Source of the DNA: Spirochaetia bacterium
GTDB taxonomy: Bacteria > Spirochaetota > Spirochaetia > DSM-2461
Direction: 5' to 3'
Length of the DNA stretch: 64,000 bases
Assembly (NCBI GenBank): GCA_963666985.2
Contig: CAXXIA010000002.1
Span: forward strand, 1,088,001-1,152,000
Of this stretch, positions 48,829 through 57,567 are shown in pieces. A model generated the notes under the pieces. It saw nothing but the letters and a program-made list of their open reading frames with translations. It did no database searches and had not been told where the DNA came from. The position numbers and the translations under genes are program-made. Each line of letters opens with the position of its first letter. The stretch's first letter is position 1.

Positions 48829-51267
48829 ATGAAGCTGGACAAACAGGGATTCAAGGAACGAGTAACCTATTGGGTGGATCGCGGAACGGGCGACGGAATC
48901 AAAGGGGCTTCGAATCGTCAGATTTACGAAGCCGTTTCCCGAGCGCTTATGGATAATCTCTGGGAAACATGGCGAAGCTGTGAAAAGGATATCAAATCCC
49001 GCAAACTCAAAAGAGCTTACTACTTCTCCGCCGAATACCTGATGGGCCGCGCCCTGGGCAACAATATGATCAACCTGGGTCTCAGGGGCGAGGTGGCCGA
49101 GGCTCTGGCGGAAATGAATCTGGATTTAAACGCCGCCGAAGACACGGAACCCGACGCGGCTTTGGGCAACGGAGGCCTGGGACGGCTCGCGGCCTGCTTC
49201 ATCGAATCCCTCGCCAGCCTGGATTTGCCGGCCCGGGGCTACGGCATCCGCTACCGCTACGGTATGTTCCGTCAGGAAATTGTCGACGGCAGACAGGTTG
49301 AGCGCCCGGACGGATGGGTGGCTTCCGGCGATCCGTGGTCCATCAGAAGAGGCAACAGAACCGTCGTCGTCCGTTTCGGCGGACATGTCGTTACCGAACA
49401 GCGCCCGGACGGCAGCTTCCGATTTAAAACCGTTAATACGGAAGATATCCGGGCGATCCCCTACGACATGCCCATTATCGGGTGGGATACGGACACGGTG
49501 GGAACCCTCCGTCTCTGGGAAGCCGATTCCGAGGACGGCTTCAATCTGCAGATGTTCAACAACATGGAATATCTCCGCGCGGTGGAAACGGAAAACCGCG
49601 CTCGCGATCTTTCCCGGGTTCTTTATCCCAACGACAGCGGTCCCACGGGCAAAGCCCTGCGGCTCCGGCAGCAGTACTTCTTCAGCTCGGCATCCCTTCA
49701 GGACATCGTCCGGGAATACAAGGGCGTTTTCGGAAACGATCTGACCGGACTGCCGAACATGGCCGCCATCCAGCTCAACGATACCCACCCGGTCATATCC
49801 ATTCCGGAACTCATGCGCATTCTCATGGACGAAGAAGGTTTGGAATGGAACGAGGCCTGGAACATCGTGACAAAAACCTTCGCGTACACGAATCATACGG
49901 TCTTGGCCGAAGCCCTGGAAAAATGGCCCATGGATCTGTTCAGGGCCGAATTCCCGAGACTCTTCCAGATTATTGAAGAAATAAATCGCCGGTTTTTATC
50001 GTTCCTGAAGGAAAAAATACCGAACGAACAGAAAAAGCACTACAGAATGTCCATCCTCGCGGACGGAATGATTAAGATGGCGCATCTGGCCATTATCGGT
50101 TCGTTCTCGGTGAACGGCGTCGCGGCTCTTCACACGGAGATTCTTAAAAAGAACGTTCTCAAGGACTGGTTCGAGATTTGGCCGGAGAAATTCAACAACA
50201 AAACAAACGGTGTAACGCAGAGGCGATGGCTGAAGAAAGCCAATCCTCCCCTTTCCGATTTGCTGGATGAAATCGTCGGTCCCGGATGGACACACGATCT
50301 TTCCCTCGTCTCGAAACTGAAGGAAAAGGCCGACGATTCTTCCGTTCTCGACCGTATCGGCGCGATTAAAGCATCCAATAAGGTCCGTTTGGTCGAACTG
50401 ACCGAGCGGCTTACGGGCATCACCGTTAATCCGGAAAGCCTGTTCGACGTGCAAATCAAGCGGCTTCATGAGTACAAGCGCCAGCTCTTGAATATTCTCT
50501 CTCTGATTCACGATTGGCAGATGCTGCGCGATTATCCGAATTTGGAACTCCCGCCGCGAACCGTGTTTTTCGGAGCGAAAGCCGCCTCCGGATATCGGCG
50601 CGCGAAGCAGATTATTCACCTGATTCATACCGTTTCGAAAATTGTCAATTCGGATCCCGCGGTGCGCGGTCTTTTAAAGATTGTTTTCATTCCGGATTAC
50701 AAAGTCAGTACCGCGGAAATTATTTTCCCGGCGTCGGAAATTTCCCAGCAAATCTCCACGGCGGGTAAAGAAGCGTCGGGAACCGGCAACATGAAGTTCA
50801 TGATGAACGGCGCCGTTACTTTGGGCACGCTCGACGGCGCCAATATCGAAATCGTCGAAGAAGCCGGTGAAGAGAACGCCTTTATCTTCGGGATGAAATC
50901 CGAAGAAGTCGACGCTCTGCGGGCAAGCGGAACTTATTACCCCTTTTCCGTTATTGAACACGATGCGGCCCTGAAAAGAGCCGTGGGCGCCCTGGTCGAC
51001 GGAACCTTGGGAAGCGGCGATGAATTCAGGGAACTCTACGATTCCCTTCTCTACGGAACGGAGGGAAACCGGCCCGACGAGTACTTCGTCATTCAGGATT
51101 TCGCTTCATACCGGGATGTCCGTACGGCCGCCGGAGAAGCCTGGCAGAACAGCGCCCGGTGGAATCGCATGGCGCTGATGAACATCGCCGGAAGCGGAAA
51201 ATTCAGTTCCGACAGAACCATCCGCGAGTACGCCGATGAAATCTGGAAGATCGTACCGCGAAAATAG
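48829..51267 (+). CDS. glgP: Glycogen/maltodextrin phosphorylase
   Basis: LGNGGLGRLAACF, QLNDTHP, KTNGVTQRRW, KRLHEYKRQ and the PLP site EASGTGNMKF. Confidence 0.97.
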   Translation: MKLDKQGFKERVTYWVDRGTGDGIKGASNRQIYEAVSRALMDNLWETWRSCEKDIKSRKLKRAYYFSAEYLMGRALGNNMINLGLRGEVAEALAEMNLDLNAAEDTEPDAALGNGGLGRLAACFIESLASLDLPARGYGIRYRYGMFRQEIVDGRQVERPDGWVASGDPWSIRRGNRTVVVRFGGHVVTEQRPDGSFRFKTVNTEDIRAIPYDMPIIGWDTDTVGTLRLWEADSEDGFNLQMFNNMEYLRAVETENRARDLSRVLYPNDSGPTGKALRLRQQYFFSSASLQDIVREYKGVFGNDLTGLPNMAAIQLNDTHPVISIPELMRILMDEEGLEWNEAWNIVTKTFAYTNHTVLAEALEKWPMDLFRAEFPRLFQIIEEINRRFLSFLKEKIPNEQKKHYRMSILADGMIKMAHLAIIGSFSVNGVAALHTEILKKNVLKDWFEIWPEKFNNKTNGVTQRRWLKKANPPLSDLLDEIVGPGWTHDLSLVSKLKEKADDSSVLDRIGAIKASNKVRLVELTERLTGITVNPESLFDVQIKRLHEYKRQLLNILSLIHDWQMLRDYPNLELPPRTVFFGAKAASGYRRAKQIIHLIHTVSKIVNSDPAVRGLLKIVFIPDYKVSTAEIIFPASEISQQISTAGKEASGTGNMKFMMNGAVTLGTLDGANIEIVEEAGEENAFIFGMKSEEVDALRASGTYYPFSVIEHDAALKRAVGALVDGTLGSGDEFRELYDSLLYGTEGNRPDEYFVIQDFASYRDVRTAAGEAWQNSARWNRMALMNIAGSGKFSSDRTIREYADEIWKIVPRK

Positions 51268-51434
51268 GCCGCGGCATAAATACGGCTTACGGAGGCCGCT
51301 CACCCGGCCGAAGATCTTTTAAAACCGGGTTTGAATCACCTTATTTCGCCGCCGGGACGGCCGAATATTTATCCCGCGGCCTTTTTACCGATTTCGCATC
51401 GGCTGACGGAGTATCCTCAATATGGGAGCCTTCC

Positions 51435-52136
51435 TTAAAAAAGGCCGCCCATAAAATCCCGGCCCCAGGCGAAAAGTACCACAAGAACGATGGCCGGAAG
51501 AAAATCCGCGGTCCGCACCTTCTTAAGATTTAAAAGATTCAAGGCGATCATAAGAATCAGATAGCCCCCCAGAGCGCCTATCTCGGCCAGAATCCCCTCG
51601 GTTACAACGGGGGCGAGAGCTCCGGCGGCCAGGGTGATGGCGCCCTGAACAATCAAAACGGACAGCGCGGAAAACACCACTCCCATGCCGGATGCCGCGG
51701 CCAGGATAATCGCCATGAACCCGTCCATCGCGGACTTGGTGAAGATAACGTCGTAATTCCCCTGAAGCCCGGCTTCTATGGAACCGACGATGGTCATGGG
51801 CCCGACGCAGAAAAGAACGGTGGCATCCAGGAATCCCGTTGCAAAAGAACCGCTCTCTTCTTTCGACGATATCAGTTTTTTCAAACCGCCTCCGACTTTC
51901 AGGATACCGTCCTCCACCTTCAGGGCGGTCCCGAGGAGTCCCCCCAGAACCAAAGAGGGAATAATTAAAAGAAGGGTGCCTCCGGAGAGGGCCATACTCA
52001 TGCCGAGAACCAGAGTGATCAATCCGACGCCGACGGAAACGGAATCCTGAAAGCGCTGCGCGATTTTTCCTCTCAGGAGCATTCCGATCAATCCGCCGAG
52101 GATAACGGTCAGTGTATTAACGATGGTTGCGACCAT
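51435..52136 (-). CDS. DUF554 (YdfK-like) membrane protein
   Basis: TIVN....GG..G, LFCVGPM.IVG and K..MDG. Confidence 0.85.
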   Translation of the reverse strand: MVATIVNTLTVILGGLIGMLLRGKIAQRFQDSVSVGVGLITLVLGMSMALSGGTLLLIIPSLVLGGLLGTALKVEDGILKVGGGLKKLISSKEESGSFATGFLDATVLFCVGPMTIVGSIEAGLQGNYDVIFTKSAMDGFMAIILAAASGMGVVFSALSVLIVQGAITLAAGALAPVVTEGILAEIGALGGYLILMIALNLLNLKKVRTADFLPAIVLVVLFAWGRDFMGGLF

Positions 52137-52263
52137 GTCGGCCAGTATAGGCATTCTTATTGGAAATAAGAACCACAAGAACTCATCGAACCGCTCAATG
52201 TTTCACTGAAATATGTCGATGATTTCCATAAGAAACAACACACTGTACGGAGAAGGAATCCTC

Positions 52264-52566
52264 ATGGTTGAAACGATTTCGGCAGATCCATCAGCAAAAA
52301 TTTACTGTGCCAACTGCATTCACTGCAAATTGGTCCGGACTTTCACCGAAGACGACAAATACGTACTGCGTGTCCGTTGCGATGCGGGGAAATGGCGTAA
52401 AAAACTCGGTGATGAAAAATTTTACAAATATTTCACGGTTGCCCGCCGCGCTCTGGACAAATGCGATACTTATACGCCCATGGGTGAGTCCAAGACTTTT
52501 ATGAAAGATCTTCGCAAAACCCTTCCCATCAAGGACGAGGTGTACACGCCCGGTCAACCCGCTTGA
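52264..52566 (+). CDS. Cys-rich hypothetical protein, 100 aa (spirochaete-conserved)
   Basis: KIYCANCIHCK...RVRC...YKYFTVARR..C..Y.PMG...LPIKDE, with SD AAGGA. Confidence 0.75.
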   Translation: MVETISADPSAKIYCANCIHCKLVRTFTEDDKYVLRVRCDAGKWRKKLGDEKFYKYFTVARRALDKCDTYTPMGESKTFMKDLRKTLPIKDEVYTPGQPA

Positions 52567-52614
52567 TCAGTCGACCTTCGGCGTTTAAGATGAGCGCCGG
52601 GGGTCTGCCGATTG

Positions 52615-53103
52615 ATGCTTAGACCGAAATTTATCGTTTTCTTTCCGCTTATCGCTTTCGTTGTCGCCGTTCTGACTTCATGCGCCGGGTCTCCGTCGCC
52701 TATCGATGAGAATTGGACCGCGGAGATGTTCTTTAAGAACGCTCAGGAAGAAATGGATGAAAGCCGCTATAAAACGGCTCTGTATTACTATGAAGTCTTT
52801 ATGGTCCGCTATCCGAATAATTACCAGCGCGTTATCGCCGCCGAATACGAACGGGCCTTTATCCACTATAAAACAGGCGATTTAAAAACCGCCGAAGCCG
52901 AATATAGGGAAATCCTCAGAAAGTACGAAGAAAGTCCCTATGCGATGCTTTATCCCACACGGTTTGAAAAACTCTGCACGATAGGTCTGCAAAACATCGA
53001 GAAGCAAAAGGCGATCCATAGACGCCTGATGTGGCGCAGGAAAGAAAAAGAATGGGCGGAGGCACACGGCGAGAGCCTAACCGACGAGGAAGCCGCCGAA
53101 TAA
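52615..53103 (+). CDS. TPR lipoprotein, BamD-like
   Basis: LTS-C, F..AQ....RY..AL.YY....RYP and AEYE.AFI.YK TPR pattern. Confidence 0.65.
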   Translation: MLRPKFIVFFPLIAFVVAVLTSCAGSPSPIDENWTAEMFFKNAQEEMDESRYKTALYYYEVFMVRYPNNYQRVIAAEYERAFIHYKTGDLKTAEAEYREILRKYEESPYAMLYPTRFEKLCTIGLQNIEKQKAIHRRLMWRRKEKEWAEAHGESLTDEEAAE

Positions 53104-53253
53104 TTTTCCGAATCGGAGCGGCGCAAAATAGCCTCAAATGACATACAGCGGTAAAAAATTCGCGCGATTCAACATACTTCAACCCGGATTAATCAAAATT
53201 AATCCGGCGTAATGCGTAATAATCACTTAAAAATCGTTCCGGATAACTCCGGC

Positions 53254-54462
53254 TTAAAGCGGCGCATCCTCCCCGGTTCGCGGCAGGCGAATAGGATGAA
53301 TGGAAACACCCAGCCTCGCCGCTTCTTCTTCCACCATTTCCGGCGTAATGGCGCCCCGGGGCTCCTCGTGAGCCGGAGCGTCTCCCACCTGAATAATCGC
53401 CCTCTCGGGAGCCTCCCACTCGAATTCCGTTAATCCGGCGTAAATCCCCTCGTTCACCGCCTCGGGAATATCCCGGCCGCCGGAAACATGAACCGCGTCC
53501 AACCATTCCTGCAGAACATCCAAATCGTCCGTAAACATCTTGGTTCGGGTTAAATACGCTTCCTTGTAATCCCGGTAGAGAACCAGCCCCACCCGGAACG
53601 AATCGAATCCTTCCACTCTGTTCCGTACGAGCGGAACCAGCGATTCCCGGATAAAGCTCACATCGTCCTTCATGCTCACCGTCGTATCCACCACCAGAAC
53701 CACATCGATATTGCCGCCGGAAGTTCCGATAATATCGGCGATCCGTTCCATGGCCTCTTCGATATTCTCCACGGGCCCCTGAGCCGCCGTCAGAATCTCG
53801 GGCGGGGGCGGCGGGGGGAGTTCCTTCATCGAAAGAACAAACGGATTATCCTCCCAAGCCCCGTCGTAATCGGCATAGGCCCGCTCAAACGTCCTGATGT
53901 TCAACCACGTGCCGCGGTGCACTTCCACCTGTCCCTCACGGCTCCAGGGATAACCGTAGGTTAAAAGGAAAGGAATATGGATATGGAACGCCCGGCCGAG
54001 CAGTTCATTCTCCTCGGGCGTGGAATCCAAAAGAAAATACAAAGGGCGGGAGGATTCCAGAACGCGGCCGTCCAAAATCCGTTTTTCATTCCCGTTAACA
54101 GGATTGTAGTCCCAGGCCCTGAAAGCGAAAGAATCGGCCTTTTTCGCAGGATCGGCCGTTGATTCGGTTATCAGAATCGACCCCAGCCCCTCCTTCGCTT
54201 TCACGTAAAGATCCAAACCCTCCGCGTTTTCGGCCAGCTCGATATAAGCATCTCCGGGCTCAATCACCAAGTTCTCGGCGCCAAGATACTGAGGGATTGT
54301 CAAAAGAAGACCGACGAGGATGACCCCCGAAGCCGTCCGGGTTCTTCCGCGCCTCCATCGGGCCGCGGCCGTTCCGAATCGAAAGGCGGCGGAGAGGCGG
54401 CTCCGAATCACTCGAGGCCGCAATCGTGAAGACGGCGCGTTCATTTCGGGACTTTTCATCAC
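53254..54462 (-). CDS. Exported von Willebrand factor A domain protein
   Basis: Hydrophobic leader, N-terminal beta domain, poly-Pro linker, MIDAS VDTTVSM, YRDY, GGRDIPE and GDAP. Confidence 0.85.
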   Translation of the reverse strand: MMKSPEMNAPSSRLRPRVIRSRLSAAFRFGTAAARWRRGRTRTASGVILVGLLLTIPQYLGAENLVIEPGDAYIELAENAEGLDLYVKAKEGLGSILITESTADPAKKADSFAFRAWDYNPVNGNEKRILDGRVLESSRPLYFLLDSTPEENELLGRAFHIHIPFLLTYGYPWSREGQVEVHRGTWLNIRTFERAYADYDGAWEDNPFVLSMKELPPPPPPEILTAAQGPVENIEEAMERIADIIGTSGGNIDVVLVVDTTVSMKDDVSFIRESLVPLVRNRVEGFDSFRVGLVLYRDYKEAYLTRTKMFTDDLDVLQEWLDAVHVSGGRDIPEAVNEGIYAGLTEFEWEAPERAIIQVGDAPAHEEPRGAITPEMVEEEAARLGVSIHPIRLPRTGEDAPL

Positions 54463-54469
54463 ATTCCGA

Positions 54470-54496
54470 TTATCGGCAGTCCGGCCCGGCCATGTA
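54470..54496 (-). promoter_or_regulatory. Sigma28 (FliA)-type promoter
   Basis: TACA-N15-GCCGATAA, against the consensus TAAA-N15-GCCGATAA. Confidence 0.65.
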
Positions 54497-54748
54497 AGAA
54501 TCGGTCAATTTACCCGTCCCGGCGCAATGTCCCGAGGATTTCCAAGGAAGAAAAGCGGCGGCGGCCGGGAGAGCGCCCCGAAGTCCCATCCATCCTTCCT
54601 TCTTTATTTTAAAAGAATCGGTCAATTCGCCCGCCGGCCACTTGTATGTTAAGCCACGTTAATGTAAAAAAAGCTGATAAAACTACTCTCCGGTAGGAAA
54701 AACAGCCTCTCCTCCCTCAGAAAGTTCCATCAAACTCTTATTCCCGAT

Positions 54749-54764
54749 CGGCACGGCAGTTGCT
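54749..54764 (+). promoter_or_regulatory. Sigma54 -24/-12 promoter upstream of modA
   Basis: CGGCAC-ggcag-TTGCT with correct GG-N10-GC spacing, 55 bp before the ATG. Confidence 0.65.
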
Positions 54765-54819
54765 TTATGAAAAGAGAAGAATCTCAATAAAAAAAATATA
54801 TTTATTAAGGAGATAGATC

Positions 54820-55614
54820 ATGTTGAAAAAAGCAATCCTGACTTTTGTTTTGCTTTCATCGTCATTCTTGTCGGTTTTCGCCGGCGGAAACGCGGAATCG
54901 TCCGCTTCCGAGACTCCCGCCTCCGATACTCCAACGGAAATCACCGTTTTTCTGGCCGCAAGCACCACCGATGTGCTGAACGATTTAACGGCCATGTACA
55001 CGGAGAGAACCGGTATCGCGGTGAACACGAATCCGGCCTCCAGCGGCACCCTGGCCAAACAGCTGGAACAAGGAGCGGAAGCCGATGTGTATATTTCGGC
55101 TTCGAAAAAATGGATGGATTACACCGATAACCTCGGCATTGTTCTTGAAAGCAGTCCCTTCGTCCGGAATCGGTTGGTTCTCATTGCTCCGAACGATACG
55201 CCGCTGAAGCCGTTTGAAATCACCACGGAAACCGACTTTCCTTCGCTGTTCTCGGGCCGTATTTCCATCGGCGATCCGGCTCATGTTCCGGCCGGGAAGT
55301 ATGCTCAGGACGCCCTGACGTATTTCGGATGGTATGATAAGATTTCAGACCGTATTCAGCCGGCCGCCGATGTCCGGGCGGCTTTGGCAGTTGTGGAACT
55401 GGGTGAAACGGAACTTGGAATCGTTTATGAAACCGACGCGATGAAATCGGGCGACAAAGTTGCGGTGCTCTCACATTTTCCGGAAGAATCTTTTACGCCG
55501 ATTGAATATTTCTGCGCCCAGCTGACACCGGAAGGAGAAGATTTTTACCAATTCCTCTTAAGCGACGATGCCGCCGGCATTTTTGAATCGTACGGTTTTA
55601 CGCCCACAAAATAA
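54820..55614 (+). CDS. modA: Molybdate ABC transporter substrate-binding protein
   Basis: AAST, ASSG.LA.Q, SAS, VPAGKYA, DVR and VYETDA. Confidence 0.95.
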   Translation: MLKKAILTFVLLSSSFLSVFAGGNAESSASETPASDTPTEITVFLAASTTDVLNDLTAMYTERTGIAVNTNPASSGTLAKQLEQGAEADVYISASKKWMDYTDNLGIVLESSPFVRNRLVLIAPNDTPLKPFEITTETDFPSLFSGRISIGDPAHVPAGKYAQDALTYFGWYDKISDRIQPAADVRAALAVVELGETELGIVYETDAMKSGDKVAVLSHFPEESFTPIEYFCAQLTPEGEDFYQFLLSDDAAGIFESYGFTPTK

Positions 55615-55626
55615 AACAGGCAAAGA

Positions 55627-56331
55627 ATGAACGGTCCGGAAATTACAGACGCTATTGTTCTCTCGATAAAAATAGGGCTTTTGGCCACCATCATCAACAT
55701 TCCCCTGGCGATGATAACGGCTTATCTACTCGCGCGTTTTGAATTCGGAGGCAAAGCGATTCTGGACGGACTGATCAATCTGCCTTTGGTGATGCCCCCG
55801 GTAACCACGGGATATCTTCTTCTCTTTATCCTGGGGAAGCGGGGGTTTATCGGCGCGTACCTTTTTTCCTGGTTCGGAATCCGGATCGCGTTCACCACGG
55901 CCGCCGCCGTTATCGCTTCCATGGTGGTTTCTTTCCCTCTGGTGGCCCGAAGCATACGCATCTCCATGGAAATGCTGGATAAAAAAATGGAGAATGCCGC
56001 GATGACCCTAGGAGCCGGAAAACTCGCCGTGTTTTTCAGGGTAACCTTGCCGTTGATTCTGCCGGGAGTTATCAATGGCGCCGTACTCGGCTTCGCCCGG
56101 AGCTTGGGAGAATTCGGCGCAACCATGACCTTCGCGGGGAACATCCGAGGAGAAACACGAACCATCCCCCTGTCGGTCTATTCGCTCCTGCAGATTCCGG
56201 GAAAAGAAAAGGATGCGGGGATTCTCGTTATCATTTCCATCGTGATTTCTTTCGCGGCGATGTTTCTTTCCTCGGCATTCGGCCGAAAAATGACGCGTAA
56301 AGGAAAGGATGTGTATGGGCCTTCGGTTTGA
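55627..56331 (+). CDS. modB: Molybdate ABC transporter permease
   Basis: LPLVMPPVTTG and FARSLGEFGAT..FAGNI.G.T.T.P. Confidence 0.95.
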   Translation: MNGPEITDAIVLSIKIGLLATIINIPLAMITAYLLARFEFGGKAILDGLINLPLVMPPVTTGYLLLFILGKRGFIGAYLFSWFGIRIAFTTAAAVIASMVVSFPLVARSIRISMEMLDKKMENAAMTLGAGKLAVFFRVTLPLILPGVINGAVLGFARSLGEFGATMTFAGNIRGETRTIPLSVYSLLQIPGKEKDAGILVIISIVISFAAMFLSSAFGRKMTRKGKDVYGPSV

Positions 56332-57364
56332 CCTGACCCTTCCCCGGCGTAATTTCGAGCTTCAGCTCAAAGCGGAATTCGGAAACGACATGATCGGCGT
56401 TTTCGGCCCGTCGGGCGCGGGAAAAACATCGTTTTTCAATCTGCTGGCCGGACTGGAACGGCCTACCAAGGGTTGCATCATCCTGAACGGCCGGGTTTTA
56501 ACGGATGTTGAAAAAGGAATTTATGTTCCACCGAACAAACGCCGCGGCGGTGTTGTCTTCCAGGAAAAACTCCTCTTTCCCCACTTGAATGTACGGGAGA
56601 ACCTCCTCTTCGGAGAGCGGTATGCGAAAGAGAAAAAAATCGATCTTAAAACGGTAACGGAACTGCTGGATCTGGCCTCGCTCCTTGAATCCCGTCCCGA
56701 CCGCATCTCCGGCGGAGAACAGCAGAGAACCGCCCTCGGACGCGCCCTGCTCACATCTCCGGATCTTCTGCTCATGGATGAGCCGTTCAATGCGGTGGAT
56801 AATGAACTTCGCCTGAACATCCTCCCCTATTTAAAGCGCCTCGGCGATGAACTGGACATCCCCATCCTTGTTATCAGTCACGACCTTCCCGATATTCAGC
56901 GCCTCACGGATAAAATCTATCTTATTGAACACGGCCGGTCCCTCGGATACGGAAGCATCATGGATCTTTTCGATAACCGGCATCACTTGGAGAAAAACGG
57001 CCTTCTGAACGCCTTCACCCTGGTTCAGCCCGAAGAACAGGAAAACGGAACATACACCTGCCGGATTAAAGGCCATCCCGATCTTGCAATCAAAACCCCC
57101 ATGGCGGCCGGTCCTGAATTCACCATGGTCATCCGGCCGAATGAAATCGCTTTATCCCGTCACTTTGTTCCCGAAATCTCCATTCAGAATCAGCTTCCCG
57201 GCCGGCTTGCGGAAATCATCGGCGATGAAAACAGGATTTATTGTGTTGTTGACGTCGGAATTAAAATGATCGCGGAAATAACCCCGCAGGCTATTAAGGA
57301 ACTCGCCCTTGTTCCCGGAGATACCGTCTACTGCCTCTTTAAAACACATTCTCTGGTTCAATAA
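56315..57364 (+). CDS. modC: Molybdate ABC transporter ATP-binding protein
   Basis: GPSGAGKT, ISGGEQQR, MDEP and C-terminal TOBE (SIQNQLPG). Confidence 0.95.
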   Translation: MGLRFDLTLPRRNFELQLKAEFGNDMIGVFGPSGAGKTSFFNLLAGLERPTKGCIILNGRVLTDVEKGIYVPPNKRRGGVVFQEKLLFPHLNVRENLLFGERYAKEKKIDLKTVTELLDLASLLESRPDRISGGEQQRTALGRALLTSPDLLLMDEPFNAVDNELRLNILPYLKRLGDELDIPILVISHDLPDIQRLTDKIYLIEHGRSLGYGSIMDLFDNRHHLEKNGLLNAFTLVQPEEQENGTYTCRIKGHPDLAIKTPMAAGPEFTMVIRPNEIALSRHFVPEISIQNQLPGRLAEIIGDENRIYCVVDVGIKMIAEITPQAIKELALVPGDTVYCLFKTHSLVQ

Positions 57365-57567
57365 CTTCGCGGAAACGGCCCCGGTTCGTCCTCTTTGAAT
57401 AATCATCAACCGCTATGAGGAACGTGATAATCGCGGGATTCATCTGTCTCGGCACGCTGGCCGCCGGTTTCCGAAAACGCGTAAGCTGTCCGTCCATCAC
57501 GGAAAACACCTGTTCCCCAGATTAAGAAGAGGATGCATAATGGGAAAAACGGAAGAAAGAGGCCCCT

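Noticed and set aside
54640..54820. ModE box or Moco riboswitch upstream of modA
   Set aside because: I could not match either consensus. A sigma54 motif fits better.
57415..57525. 36-aa ORF with a signal-peptide-like start (MRNVIIAGFICLGTLAAG)
   Set aside because: It has no SD, is very short and has no recognisable mature part. At most it is a gene remnant.
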